Positions 21,396-30,444 of a stretch of DNA of 64,000 nucleotides are shown piece after piece. The first letter of the stretch is position 1, and every line of letters starts with the position of its first letter. The position numbers were made by a program, and so were the translations under genes. Location of the stretch: NCBI GenBank assembly GCA_963786935.1, contig CAWBAN010000001.1:1120001-1184000 (forward strand), in the 5' to 3' direction. This DNA is from an uncultured bacterium (lineage in GTDB: Bacteria; Krumholzibacteriota; Krumholzibacteriia; Krumholzibacteriales; Krumholzibacteriaceae). Below the pieces are notes generated by a model. The model was not told where the DNA came from. It saw nothing but the letters and a program-made list of their open reading frames with translations, and did not search any database.

Positions 21396-22181
21396 TCACC
21401 ATTCCCACACCATCCCGGCGCCGGCCGTCACGGTGTTTCCGAGCGCCGGGCTGCGGCTCCATGAGAAATCGAGAATCGTCCGGGAGATCCTGATCACGAA
21501 TCCGCTCGTCAGCTCGCCGGTCTTCCAGCGATACGAGCACGCGATCGCGCATCCGTTCGCGAGCCATGCATCGATCAGGCATTGCGCGTCCCGGCCCCGC
21601 GGGCCGGACAGGGCTCCGTCGACGACGAGCGCGAACGTGCCGGTGTCGATTTGGAGAAAGACGCGCCCCTCGCCCCGCCGCTGACCGTCGCCGCCGGCCG
21701 CGCGGATCACGCAGCCGGCGCACACGGCCCCGCCTATATCGAACGATCCTCCGAAAGAGAGGGACGGCGTGACCGAGGCGCCGAATCCGCGGGGCGCGCG
21801 CCGCTCGATCGCGGGAACGGCATAGAGCCTCACCGGGACGCGCGCGATGGAGGAAATCCCGATCGCCGCCGTGAAACCGTCCTCGCGATAGAGTGCGTAC
21901 CCGAGGTGACGCCAATCGATCCACGCGGCGAACGACCGCCCCTCGACGCCGAGCAGGAGATCCGACGAGACGAGTCCGTCGAGCAGGTAGGGATTCGAGG
22001 CGATCGCATGGAAACCCGCGCGCGCGCGAGCGAGCGCGCCGACGCCGTGGAAGGCGTTGCCCGAAGCGCAGCCCCGCGGGCATCCGGCGAGCATGCGCGC
22101 GGCGCAATCGTTCGCGCCCGCGGGGCCCGCCGCGATCGGCAGGAGCGCGAGGAACGCCCCGCGCGCGAACGCCCCCCTCAA
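21396..22181 (-). CDS. Exported hypothetical protein, probable small beta-barrel (PorP/PorV-like?)
   Basis: TTG start overlaps the upstream stop (TTGA); signal peptide; alternating strands; aromatic C-terminus (WEW). Confidence 0.55.
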   Translation of the reverse strand: MRGAFARGAFLALLPIAAGPAGANDCAARMLAGCPRGCASGNAFHGVGALARARAGFHAIASNPYLLDGLVSSDLLLGVEGRSFAAWIDWRHLGYALYREDGFTAAIGISSIARVPVRLYAVPAIERRAPRGFGASVTPSLSFGGSFDIGGAVCAGCVIRAAGGDGQRRGEGRVFLQIDTGTFALVVDGALSGPRGRDAQCLIDAWLANGCAIACSYRWKTGELTSGFVIRISRTILDFSWSRSPALGNTVTAGAGMVWEW

Positions 22182-23908
22182 TCCCCCGCGACGACGATGC
22201 ACGCCTTCTCCCGTCTGCATATCGCACCTCCCGCCCCCGCATATTCGACGAGGCAGATGTAGAGCCCCGTCCGGGCGCTCCTCCCGTCGCTTGTCCGGCC
22301 GTCCCAGCGGCACGCGAATACGTCGGCCCCCCCGCTCTCGCCGAACAGCCGCCGCACCTCGTATCCCTCCCGGTCGAAGATCCTCGCGAGGAAACCCGTC
22401 TCGCCCGCTTCGCGCGCGCCCGCCACCATGACCTCGCCGTCGCGCCGGGGGGAGAACGGATTGGGCGAAACGGAGAGCCCTCTCGAACGCGGAGTCTGTC
22501 CGACGCGCGTGGAATTTTCGCTCCCCGGCGTCGCCCGCCGCTTGGCGGCGCAGCGGTGCCAGATCCCGCCGGGGCGAGCGCTGCACGCGCCGGTCGATAT
22601 GCGCTCGATGCTCCTCCCCCGCTCGTCGCCGAGCAGATCGCGGTACGATACCGTCTCGACGAGAACGCCCGATTCGTCGAACAGCGAGACGGCGTCCGCG
22701 CGCTCCCCCCGGTCCGTGTCGTTCAGCGACGGCCATCCTCCCTCGACGGCGCGCACGGACGCCGCGCACGACGGATACTGGCGCGCGAACGACGCCGAAT
22801 CCTTCGCGAGAATCGAGAACGACCGCGGGGGCAGGATCGCGTCCGCCGACGACACGAGGCGCCGGGCGCCCGTCGCGTCGCAGATCGTCCATCCCTTGAG
22901 ATTGCAGGCGGCATCGGAACCGTTGGCGATCTCGATCCACTCACTCATCTCTCGTTCGGGGCGGTACATGATCTCGTTGACGACGACCGCGCCGGGGGAC
23001 GAGCCGAGGAGCGCGCGAAACGAATCGTTGGCCGCGTTCTCGTCGACGGCGCCGTCGAATCGCGCCCGGACTTCGAAGCGGGGCGCCTCAGGCGCGGCGA
23101 GGACGAGATCGATGGAATCGGCGGCCGAAACGGCGAGATCGAACGAGTGCCGGCGCGCGCCGGTGAAGCCGGCGGTTCCCGCGGCGCTCACGCCGCTCAG
23201 AATCGACACGCTCCCCCGCGCCGCTTCGAGGCCGCAGTTCGCGATTCTCACTTTCAGGGAGAAGAGGGCGCCCCCGCACGGGAGCGCGCCCTCCGGGACG
23301 AGGCTCATGCCGATATCGAACCGGAAGAAGTTCCGGCGCCCCGGCGTCGGCGGCGCGGCGACGAAGTCCGCGTCGTTCCGGCCGCTGTCGCCGCCGTCCG
23401 GCTTGCGGGCGAGGCACGACCCCGCGGGCACGTCCGGCGCGGGGGCCCCCTCGTAGAGATCGCCCGAGGCGCAGGCGCCGTATCCGACGAGATCGGCCGT
23501 GCCCGCGGGGGAGACGAGCCTGATCGCGTCGGGGCCGTTCCCGAGCGTCCCCCGGAGCAGCAGCCCGGCGGCGGGAGCGCGCTCGATTCCGGCGACGCAG
23601 AGAAATCCACCCGGCTCGAGGGACGCGCCGGGGGACGCCGTCCACACGACCTTGGCGGCGCCGGTCGCGCCGTCGAGCGTCTGCAGCGCCCATCCGGTCA
23701 GCACGCAGGAAACGGTGTCCGGATTGTGGAGCTCGACGAACTCCCACCCGTCGTCCGCTCCCGGATGATCGTAATAGATTTCGTTGATGACGACGCCGGC
23801 GGCGAGGGCGCGCGCGAAGACGATCCCGACGAACGCGCTCAAAACGGGAACACGGAACGACAGAAACGAAAAAAGGCTCCACCGCCGCATCATCCACCGC
23901 CACATCAT
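22178..23908 (-). CDS. Tandem lamin-tail-domain secreted protein with a C-terminal sorting (CHU_C/FlgD-like) domain
   Basis: Two VVINEI/VVVNEIMY...E(F/W)(V/I)E(L/I)xN LTD motifs ending in TPG; C-terminal SPNPFSP...IFDREG...WDG...TGLYI. Confidence 0.85.
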   Translation of the reverse strand: MMWRWMMRRWSLFSFLSFRVPVLSAFVGIVFARALAAGVVINEIYYDHPGADDGWEFVELHNPDTVSCVLTGWALQTLDGATGAAKVVWTASPGASLEPGGFLCVAGIERAPAAGLLLRGTLGNGPDAIRLVSPAGTADLVGYGACASGDLYEGAPAPDVPAGSCLARKPDGGDSGRNDADFVAAPPTPGRRNFFRFDIGMSLVPEGALPCGGALFSLKVRIANCGLEAARGSVSILSGVSAAGTAGFTGARRHSFDLAVSAADSIDLVLAAPEAPRFEVRARFDGAVDENAANDSFRALLGSSPGAVVVNEIMYRPEREMSEWIEIANGSDAACNLKGWTICDATGARRLVSSADAILPPRSFSILAKDSASFARQYPSCAASVRAVEGGWPSLNDTDRGERADAVSLFDESGVLVETVSYRDLLGDERGRSIERISTGACSARPGGIWHRCAAKRRATPGSENSTRVGQTPRSRGLSVSPNPFSPRRDGEVMVAGAREAGETGFLARIFDREGYEVRRLFGESGGADVFACRWDGRTSDGRSARTGLYICLVEYAGAGGAICRREKACIVVAGD

Positions 23909-24043
23909 GAGCCGCGGGGATGATAGCGCGAGCGCGGGCGCGATTTCAACGGAAAAATACGGTCTTCAAAAAATTATCCCGCCGGCCCCCGCGGAGGCGC
24001 GAGGCCGCGCCGGCGGGCGCGGGAAGGTTTCACACGCGGCCGG

Positions 24044-25318
24044 TCACTTGCGCAGTCCGAGCTTCCGGAGAATCTTCTCTCCCCGGTCGCTCCCCTTCTC
24101 GTATCCGTACCATGCCGCCGCGACCCTGCCGCGGATGTCGATGATGTAGTTGAGCGGCAGCGCGCCCTGCCCCCGCGCCGTTTGAAATTTCCGTTCGAGC
24201 ACCTCGCGCGCGACGGCCGTCGTGTCGACGACGTTCGGAAAGCGGATCATCTTCTCGCGGAGAAACCGCTGCGCCTCCTCGCGCCCGTCCGCGCAATTCA
24301 GGCCGAGCACGACGAGCCCTTCCTTCGCGTACTGCTCCTGGATGCGCTGCAGGTGGGGGAGCTCGGCGCGGCACGGCACGCAGCTCAGCCGCCAGAACGA
24401 GAGCCAGACGACGGCGCCGCGATGATCGGACAGCCGGAACCGAGAGCCGTCCAGGAGCGGGAGCTCGAAATCGGGGGCGTCGCTCCCCGGCTTCAGGAGA
24501 CCGTCGTCGAGCGACTGCAGGACGTATTCCTCCCACCCGGCGGGCGGCTTCCAGGCGAACCGGTCCTTCGATATCTCCCCGTTGACGACGACGTCGCGCC
24601 ACCGTTCGCGCACGACGATATCCCGTTTCCCCCGCACCGTTTCCTCGAGTCTCCGGGGAAGGCGGTCGCGCCTGGCGACCCAGAACACCCTCGTCCGCTG
24701 GCCGTTCGCGTAGCTCGCCTCGATGATGTCGCAGACCTCGCCGTCGACGTTGACCGATCCCCCGCGCCTCACGCTCTCGAGGAGCGCCTCCATGAGATCG
24801 AAGCTCCCGTGGAACACGCTCGGATCGAGAATGGTCATCGACATCCCCGTGCCGAGCACGCTCGTTTCGCGCGCGATCGAGTGCGTCCCCCGCGCGGCGT
24901 CCTTCCTGATGTACGAGTTCCGTCCGTCCGCGGCGTTCGACGCGGAGTCGCTCTCGTGGATATAGGGCCTCCCGTCGGGCCAGTAGATCCAGAGCTGCCG
25001 CCCGTCGAGCACGAGAACGCCCGTCTTCGATCCGTCCCCGCTCCGCGATTCGAGCAGCGCGTAGTTCGGCTTCTTGAGCAGCAGCAGGTAGCTCGAATGG
25101 CCGATCTCCATGCCGCCCGTTTCCCGGACGTATTCGCTCTCGAACGAGAGCGTGCGCGCTTCCCGCATCGCCGCGTGCATCCCCCGGTAGATCGCGAGCG
25201 CCGCGCTGTCCCCCTGCGCCGCGGAACCGGGATCCCTCCCCCGCGGCGCGGCTCCGGAGGCGCAGAGCGCGGCGAGCGCCGCGGCGACAAGCATCGACAC
25301 GCGCCGGAACGACGTCAT
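24044..25318 (-). CDS. Exported LolA/DUF2092-like domain fused to a TlpA/ResA redoxin
   Basis: Signal peptide; FAWKPPAG end of LolA-like fold; APDFELP, FWRLSCVPCRAELP (CxxC), ALPLNYIID; ATGA overlap with the vWA gene stop. Confidence 0.82.
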   Translation of the reverse strand: MTSFRRVSMLVAAALAALCASGAAPRGRDPGSAAQGDSAALAIYRGMHAAMREARTLSFESEYVRETGGMEIGHSSYLLLLKKPNYALLESRSGDGSKTGVLVLDGRQLWIYWPDGRPYIHESDSASNAADGRNSYIRKDAARGTHSIARETSVLGTGMSMTILDPSVFHGSFDLMEALLESVRRGGSVNVDGEVCDIIEASYANGQRTRVFWVARRDRLPRRLEETVRGKRDIVVRERWRDVVVNGEISKDRFAWKPPAGWEEYVLQSLDDGLLKPGSDAPDFELPLLDGSRFRLSDHRGAVVWLSFWRLSCVPCRAELPHLQRIQEQYAKEGLVVLGLNCADGREEAQRFLREKMIRFPNVVDTTAVAREVLERKFQTARGQGALPLNYIIDIRGRVAAAWYGYEKGSDRGEKILRKLGLRK

Positions 25319-27462
25319 ACGAGCCCCCATGCCTTTCTCATGATCCACTCGGCGCCGAGCAGCAGAACGATGCCGGCGAGAACGACCGCGTTCCCGCGGA
25401 CGCCGCGGACGTCGCGGCGCTCGACGCGCTGCTCGGACAGGCGCAGCCGGTTCGCGACGGATTCGAGCCCGGCCCCCTCGAGATACGCGCCTCCCGTTGC
25501 CTCCGCGATGTCCGCCAGCAGCGCGCCGTCGCGCGAGGGATCGAGCAGCTCGACCGAGACGTCCGTCACGGAGAAGGACGTCGTCCCGTTCAGGCCGCCC
25601 GCGGCGCTCCCTTCCCCGGAAACGGTGACGGTATAATCGCCCGGGGGGAGCGGATCGAGCTCCGCGCGGTAGTGGCCGGGCCGCCGCGGATCCGGCTCGA
25701 ACGCGACCGCCGCGACGGGGATGCCGCCTCCCGCGCCGCTCGCTCGCACCTCGCCGCGCAGCCCGTCGGGGGCGCGACCGCTCCCGATCGAAGCGGCGAG
25801 CTTCACACGATCTCCCCTGCGGTACACGGTCCGGTCGGAATCGACCGCGAGGGCGCTCGCGCGCCCCTTCTCGGCGAGGCTCTGCACGAGCCCCCCGAAG
25901 AACGCCTCGTAGATCCTCCGCCCGTCGCCGCCGGCGAGCCTCCAGCGCCAGATCGGAAATCCGAGCAACGCGCCGGAGAGCCCCTCGCCGCGCCGCTCGA
26001 GAACGAGGAACGGGGTTCTGCCGCCGCGATCCTCGAGCACCAGCGACACGCGCGATCCCGAGGCGGCGGCGAGCCCGCCGATTTTCGCCGCGAGCGGCGG
26101 CAGGCGATCGAGCCCCCCGTCGGCCGCGAGCGCCGATACGACGGGATCGCCGGCGCCTTCCGCCGAAAGGCGGACGAACGTCTCGGCATACTGGATCCGC
26201 AGCGCGGAGACGCGCCGGATGCTCAGCAGCGGCTGCAGGAGATCGAGCGATGCGGCCCTCGCGAGCGGGGAATTCTCGTCCGCGATGAACAGCACGCTTC
26301 CTCCCGCGCGGACGAACGCGTCGAGCGCGTCCGAGTTCGCCGCGGCGTCGAAGAGCCTCGCGTCGTCCGAAACGACCACGAGATCGTACCGCGAGAGCCC
26401 GGCCGCCGTCCCCGGAAAAGCCCACGGTCTCTCGCCGGGATCGATCCGGAAGCCGGAGCCGGCCACCCAGGTGACCGCCTCGAGCTCGAACCGCTTCGAG
26501 CCCTTCACGAGATCCCGTACGAAGGTCATGTTCCAGTCGGGATACTGATCGATGTAGAGAATCCGGACCCGCTCCTTGAGGACGTCGAGCCGGAACGATT
26601 CGCTGTTGTTCTCGCGCCGGTCCTCCCGCGCCGCGGGCAGCGCCTCGACGGTGAGCCGGCGCTCCCCCTCGGCGTCCGCCGCGTAGGCGAGCGAGACGCT
26701 GATGACCTCGTCGTTCTTTCTCGCGGTCAGGAGGGCGCTGTCCCTGACCCGCCCCCCCTCGAGGAGCCGCACGACGATCGAGGCGCCCCTGACTCCCGAG
26801 GCGCGGATCATCGCCTCGACGGGGACCTTCGTGCCGCGGTAAGCGACGCGGTCGGCGACGACCTCCTCGACGGAGACGTCGGCCCCGGCGAGCGTATCGC
26901 CGAATCCGACGGCGTACACGGGCACCCCGGGACCGGCCCCCGACGAAACCATCCCGCGCGTGACGCGACCGTCCGAGAGGAGGACGATCGCGGCGAGATT
27001 CCGTCCCCCATACCGCTTCCGGGCGGCTTCGAGCGCGCCCCGCAGGTCCGTGCCCTCGCCGTCGGGCGCGATCGCGCTGTCGGGCCGGAGGGGGGCGCTC
27101 GCGAGATCCTCCGCGAACGGCACGACCTCGATATCGGCGCGCGCGCCGCCGAGAGCCCCGCGGAGGCGCTCGAGCCGGGCGAGCGCGTCGTCGAGCCTCG
27201 TCCGTCCGCCCGAATCGTCGATGCCCATGCTGCGGGAGCGATCGATCAGGACGAGCACGAGCGGCTTCCTGACTTCAACGGTCTTCGAGACGAAAACGGG
27301 ATTGAAGAGCAGCAGGGCGAGGAGCGCGAACGCCCCGATCCGCATCGCGGCGAGGAGCGCGCGCCGCGTCGCCGGGACGGGCGGAAACGTCCGCCGGTAC
27401 AGAACGACCGCCGCCGCCGCGAGCGCGACGGCGACGAGAGTTTTCCAAAGCACAGGATGCAT
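25315..27462 (-). CDS. Membrane-anchored vWA-domain protein with a GATase-like domain
   Basis: N-terminal TMs, MIDAS DRSRSM, LSDG, VGFG; C-terminal TM GAEWIMRKAWGLV. Confidence 0.85.
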   Translation of the reverse strand: MHPVLWKTLVAVALAAAAVVLYRRTFPPVPATRRALLAAMRIGAFALLALLLFNPVFVSKTVEVRKPLVLVLIDRSRSMGIDDSGGRTRLDDALARLERLRGALGGARADIEVVPFAEDLASAPLRPDSAIAPDGEGTDLRGALEAARKRYGGRNLAAIVLLSDGRVTRGMVSSGAGPGVPVYAVGFGDTLAGADVSVEEVVADRVAYRGTKVPVEAMIRASGVRGASIVVRLLEGGRVRDSALLTARKNDEVISVSLAYAADAEGERRLTVEALPAAREDRRENNSESFRLDVLKERVRILYIDQYPDWNMTFVRDLVKGSKRFELEAVTWVAGSGFRIDPGERPWAFPGTAAGLSRYDLVVVSDDARLFDAAANSDALDAFVRAGGSVLFIADENSPLARAASLDLLQPLLSIRRVSALRIQYAETFVRLSAEGAGDPVVSALAADGGLDRLPPLAAKIGGLAAASGSRVSLVLEDRGGRTPFLVLERRGEGLSGALLGFPIWRWRLAGGDGRRIYEAFFGGLVQSLAEKGRASALAVDSDRTVYRRGDRVKLAASIGSGRAPDGLRGEVRASGAGGGIPVAAVAFEPDPRRPGHYRAELDPLPPGDYTVTVSGEGSAAGGLNGTTSFSVTDVSVELLDPSRDGALLADIAEATGGAYLEGAGLESVANRLRLSEQRVERRDVRGVRGNAVVLAGIVLLLGAEWIMRKAWGLV

Positions 27463-27494
27463 CGATGTATTCCTCGCTCGCGCGCCGTCGATGC

Positions 27495-27523
27495 ATGCTA
27501 GCAGAGCGCGAAGCCGGCGTCAA
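27495..27523 (-). promoter_or_regulatory. Putative extended -10 sigma70 promoter for vWA-redoxin
   Basis: TTGACG-N17-TAGCAT with TG upstream of the -10. Confidence 0.55.
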
Positions 27524-27528
27524 AAGCG

Positions 27529-27553
27529 AAAACCCGCCCGCCGGCCCGGCGGG
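27529..27553 (-). terminator. Possible terminator at the end of the STAS operon
   Basis: cccgccg-gcc-cggcggg hairpin followed on the minus strand by cgggTTTT. Confidence 0.4.
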
Positions 27554-27603
27554 GCGCGTCTGATGATTCGTTGGATTCCCGGTGGGCGGCGAACCGAAGG
27601 CCC

Positions 27604-28053
27604 CTAATCGTCCTTTCGGCCCGGCGAGCTCGCGACGCGGTGCTCGGGGGTCGAATCCTCGCTGGCCTCCGCCGGCTTCGACCCGGCCTCGCCCGGCGTC
27701 TTCTTGTAGCTCTTGATGGCCTCGTCGACCGTATCGAAGCTCTGCAGAATGGTCTGGAACTCGAGCAGCTCGAATACCTCGTAGACGTCTCCGATCATCC
27801 CCGCGAGCCGCAGATCGCCCCCGTTCTCGCGGATCGATTTGATTTCGCTGATGAAGATGCCCCAGCCCGCCGAACTGATATAGTTCACGCCGTTGAGGTC
27901 GATGACGATATTGAAGCGGCCCTTCTTGAGAAGCCGCTTGAGGCTCTCCTCGAGCTCGGCCGATGTGGTGGTATCCACGTACCCCTGAACGGACAGCACC
28001 GACACATCCGCATTGTCTTCAGGCCTCGAAAAAGATACGTTGATCCCTTCCAT
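27604..28053 (-). CDS. STAS-domain anti-sigma factor antagonist (RsbV/SpoIIAA-like)
   Basis: GYVDTTTS, IDLNGVNYISSAGWG, GGDLRL, VFELL. Confidence 0.9.
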   Translation of the reverse strand: MEGINVSFSRPEDNADVSVLSVQGYVDTTTSAELEESLKRLLKKGRFNIVIDLNGVNYISSAGWGIFISEIKSIRENGGDLRLAGMIGDVYEVFELLEFQTILQSFDTVDEAIKSYKKTPGEAGSKPAEASEDSTPEHRVASSPGRKDD

Positions 28054-28076
28054 ATCAACCTCGTTTCTTAAACTCT

Positions 28077-28451
28077 TTACGCGTCATGTATTCTCGTATT
28101 CTGATGCATCGCAAAGGCGGCGAGCGCCTCCTCCTTCGTGCCGTACGGCTTGAGGAGGGTGTTGAACTCGAGCAGATCGAATACCTCCCGAACGTCCGCG
28201 TGCATCGACGCCAGCTTGATATCCCCGTTCCGCTGCCTGATCCCCTTGATCTCGCCCACGAAGATGCCCCACCCCGCGGAGCTGATGTAGTTCACCTCGC
28301 TGAGATCGGCGACGATCCGCACGCTGCTCGACGAGACGAGCTCGTTGAACTTGTCCTCGAGGAACTGCGCCGTGCCCGAGTCGACGATTCCCCGCAGCTT
28401 CAGAACGACGACGTTATCTACGTTTTCCTCATCGATGACGAGTTTGTCCAT
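28077..28451 (-). CDS. STAS-domain anti-sigma factor antagonist (RsbV/SpoIIAA-like)
   Basis: GIVDSGT, ADLSEVNYISSAGWG, GDIKL, VFDLL. Confidence 0.9.
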   Translation of the reverse strand: MDKLVIDEENVDNVVVLKLRGIVDSGTAQFLEDKFNELVSSSSVRIVADLSEVNYISSAGWGIFVGEIKGIRQRNGDIKLASMHADVREVFDLLEFNTLLKPYGTKEEALAAFAMHQNTRIHDA

Positions 28452-28496
28452 AAACCTGCCAGTCCTCTCCGATGCCCGCACTCATACTAGCAAACT

Positions 28497-29615
28497 TCAG
28501 TCCAATAGTGCCTTAAGAAGGATAAATATGCCCTGTCGGTCGTTCTCGGATAACCGCAGGTTCTTCTGGGCTTTCTGATAGTTCGCGTTTATCTCGAGAG
28601 CCTTCCGGAAGGCCGTGCTCGCCAGGTCCATGTAAATCTTGCATTTTGCGGTATAGAGAATGCCGAGGCTGTTGTGCCCGTCGGCGAAGGTCGGATTCTG
28701 GTCGACGATCTCGCGGATCCGAGCGAGATGGCGCTCGATCTCCTCCTCCCGGAATTCTTCTCCGTCGGAAAGGAGCATCATGGAGAGGTCGAGAATAACG
28801 TCGTCGACGCCCCCGCGCATCGCCCCCTGCTTCGCCGACTCGAGCGCGGCGAACGCGCCGTCGTAATCCTTCGCGCGGAACAGCGAGCGCGCTTCGTCGA
28901 GGCGGTCGTGGATGAGATACGGATCGAGCTGCTCGGCCCGTTCGAGGTTGCCCGTGACGTTCGCGTCGAGATCGCGCGACAGCTCGTAATCCTCCTTCAC
29001 GATCGTATTGAGGAGGTACGCGCGGGCGAGATTGAGGTACGGCTCGCCGTAGTAGAGATTGAGCTCGATGGCCCGCTTGAAGCTCTCGATCGCCGGCTTG
29101 CAGCGCTGCTGTTTGAGATAGATCTTGCCGAGCAGGTTGTGCATGTCGGGATAGTCCGGTGTGACCTCGATGCCTCCCCGCGTCGCCTCGAAGGCCTTTT
29201 CGAAATCGCCCATCTCGTAATACGATTCTCCGACGAGCATGCCGGCGAGGGAATCCTTGCTCCCCTTCCTTGCCGACTTCTGCGCCTCCTGTATCGCCTC
29301 GTGATAGAGACGGCGCTTGAAGAGCGCCTGCGCGATCCTGAGATGCAGCTTCGGGTCCTCCGACGAGCGAATGCGCTCACTCGCGCCGAGGACGGCGAGG
29401 AACTTGCGCTTGTTCTCGAGATGCGCCTCCTTCGTCGCGCGGCGCAGATCGTCGGGCGAACCCGCGTTGTCGACCGTCGATTGCACGGTGTCGAAGAGCA
29501 CGCCGTCCCTGAAGAACGAGCTCTGGACGACCCCTTTTTTCAGGAGAAGGCTCGTCTGCAGGAAGAACTTCCTCCCCCCGTGATCGATCTCTTCTCTCAA
29601 TTCGAAATTGGTCAC
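28497..29615 (-). CDS. Cytoplasmic TPR protein with an uncharacterised N-terminal domain
   Basis: PDYPDMHNLLG, FKRAIELN, PTFADGHNSLG, FRKALEINANY TPR motifs; GGAGG RBS before GTG. Confidence 0.85.
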   Translation of the reverse strand: MTNFELREEIDHGGRKFFLQTSLLLKKGVVQSSFFRDGVLFDTVQSTVDNAGSPDDLRRATKEAHLENKRKFLAVLGASERIRSSEDPKLHLRIAQALFKRRLYHEAIQEAQKSARKGSKDSLAGMLVGESYYEMGDFEKAFEATRGGIEVTPDYPDMHNLLGKIYLKQQRCKPAIESFKRAIELNLYYGEPYLNLARAYLLNTIVKEDYELSRDLDANVTGNLERAEQLDPYLIHDRLDEARSLFRAKDYDGAFAALESAKQGAMRGGVDDVILDLSMMLLSDGEEFREEEIERHLARIREIVDQNPTFADGHNSLGILYTAKCKIYMDLASTAFRKALEINANYQKAQKNLRLSENDRQGIFILLKALLD

Positions 29616-29661
29616 GATGCCTTCCTCCGGACGACCCGCTGCGCGCGGTCGACGGCGGTAC

Positions 29662-30438
29662 CTAGAGACTCGGCGCCGCCTCCGCGACGTCGACGCTCGA
29701 GCGTTCCAGCCCGAGTATCTCCTCGGTGAGATGATAATAGTCGAACGCGCCCCGCGAAAGCGGCGCGTGCTCGAAAATCGTCTTGTTCTGGCCGGGAGCC
29801 TCGCGTATCGACGCGTTCATCCGTATGATCGTCGAGAATATCCGCTCTCCGTAGCGCTCGCGCAGATCGCTGAGCAACACGTGCGACAGGCGTACGCGGG
29901 AATCGTAGAAAGTCGGGAGCAGCCTGAACGAAACGGAGTTCCGGCTGCCCAGCGCCCTGATCTCCTCGACGACCGCCGCCGTCTGCTCCGCCCCCGCGCT
30001 CGAGAGATAGTCCATGGAGACGGGGATGATGACCTCGTCGCAGTATGCCAGCGCGTTGATGTTGATGAGATTGAGCGACGGCGAGCAGTCGCAAATCACG
30101 TAGTCGCACCCCTTGAGGTGCTTGAGCGCGTCCCCGAGCCGCCGCTCGCGGTGCTCCCTGATGCCGAGCTTGAGCTCCACCTCGGCGAGCTTCCGCCCGC
30201 CCGAGTCGATGAAGAAGAGATTGTCGCGTACCTGGAGAATGTCGACGTCCCCCGAGGTGAGGAGATCCGCGAGCCCCTTCGGGCTCTCGACGCCGAAGGT
30301 CACCGCCACGCTCCGCTGGGGATCGCAATCGATGAGGAGGACGCGTCGCCCGGACAAGGACAGCCCGTGCGCGAGGCTGACCGCGGTCGTGGTCTTCCCG
30401 GTTCCCCCCTTCATCGTCATGATGGCGTATCGTTTCAT
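29662..30438 (-). CDS. ParA/Soj-family ATPase (no ParB in window)
   Basis: Deviant Walker A KGGTGKTT, IDCDPQ, DCSPSL, IREAP. Confidence 0.92.
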   Translation of the reverse strand: MKRYAIMTMKGGTGKTTTAVSLAHGLSLSGRRVLLIDCDPQRSVAVTFGVESPKGLADLLTSGDVDILQVRDNLFFIDSGGRKLAEVELKLGIREHRERRLGDALKHLKGCDYVICDCSPSLNLININALAYCDEVIIPVSMDYLSSAGAEQTAAVVEEIRALGSRNSVSFRLLPTFYDSRVRLSHVLLSDLRERYGERIFSTIIRMNASIREAPGQNKTIFEHAPLSRGAFDYYHLTEEILGLERSSVDVAEAAPSL

Positions 30439-30444
30439 CGGCGT

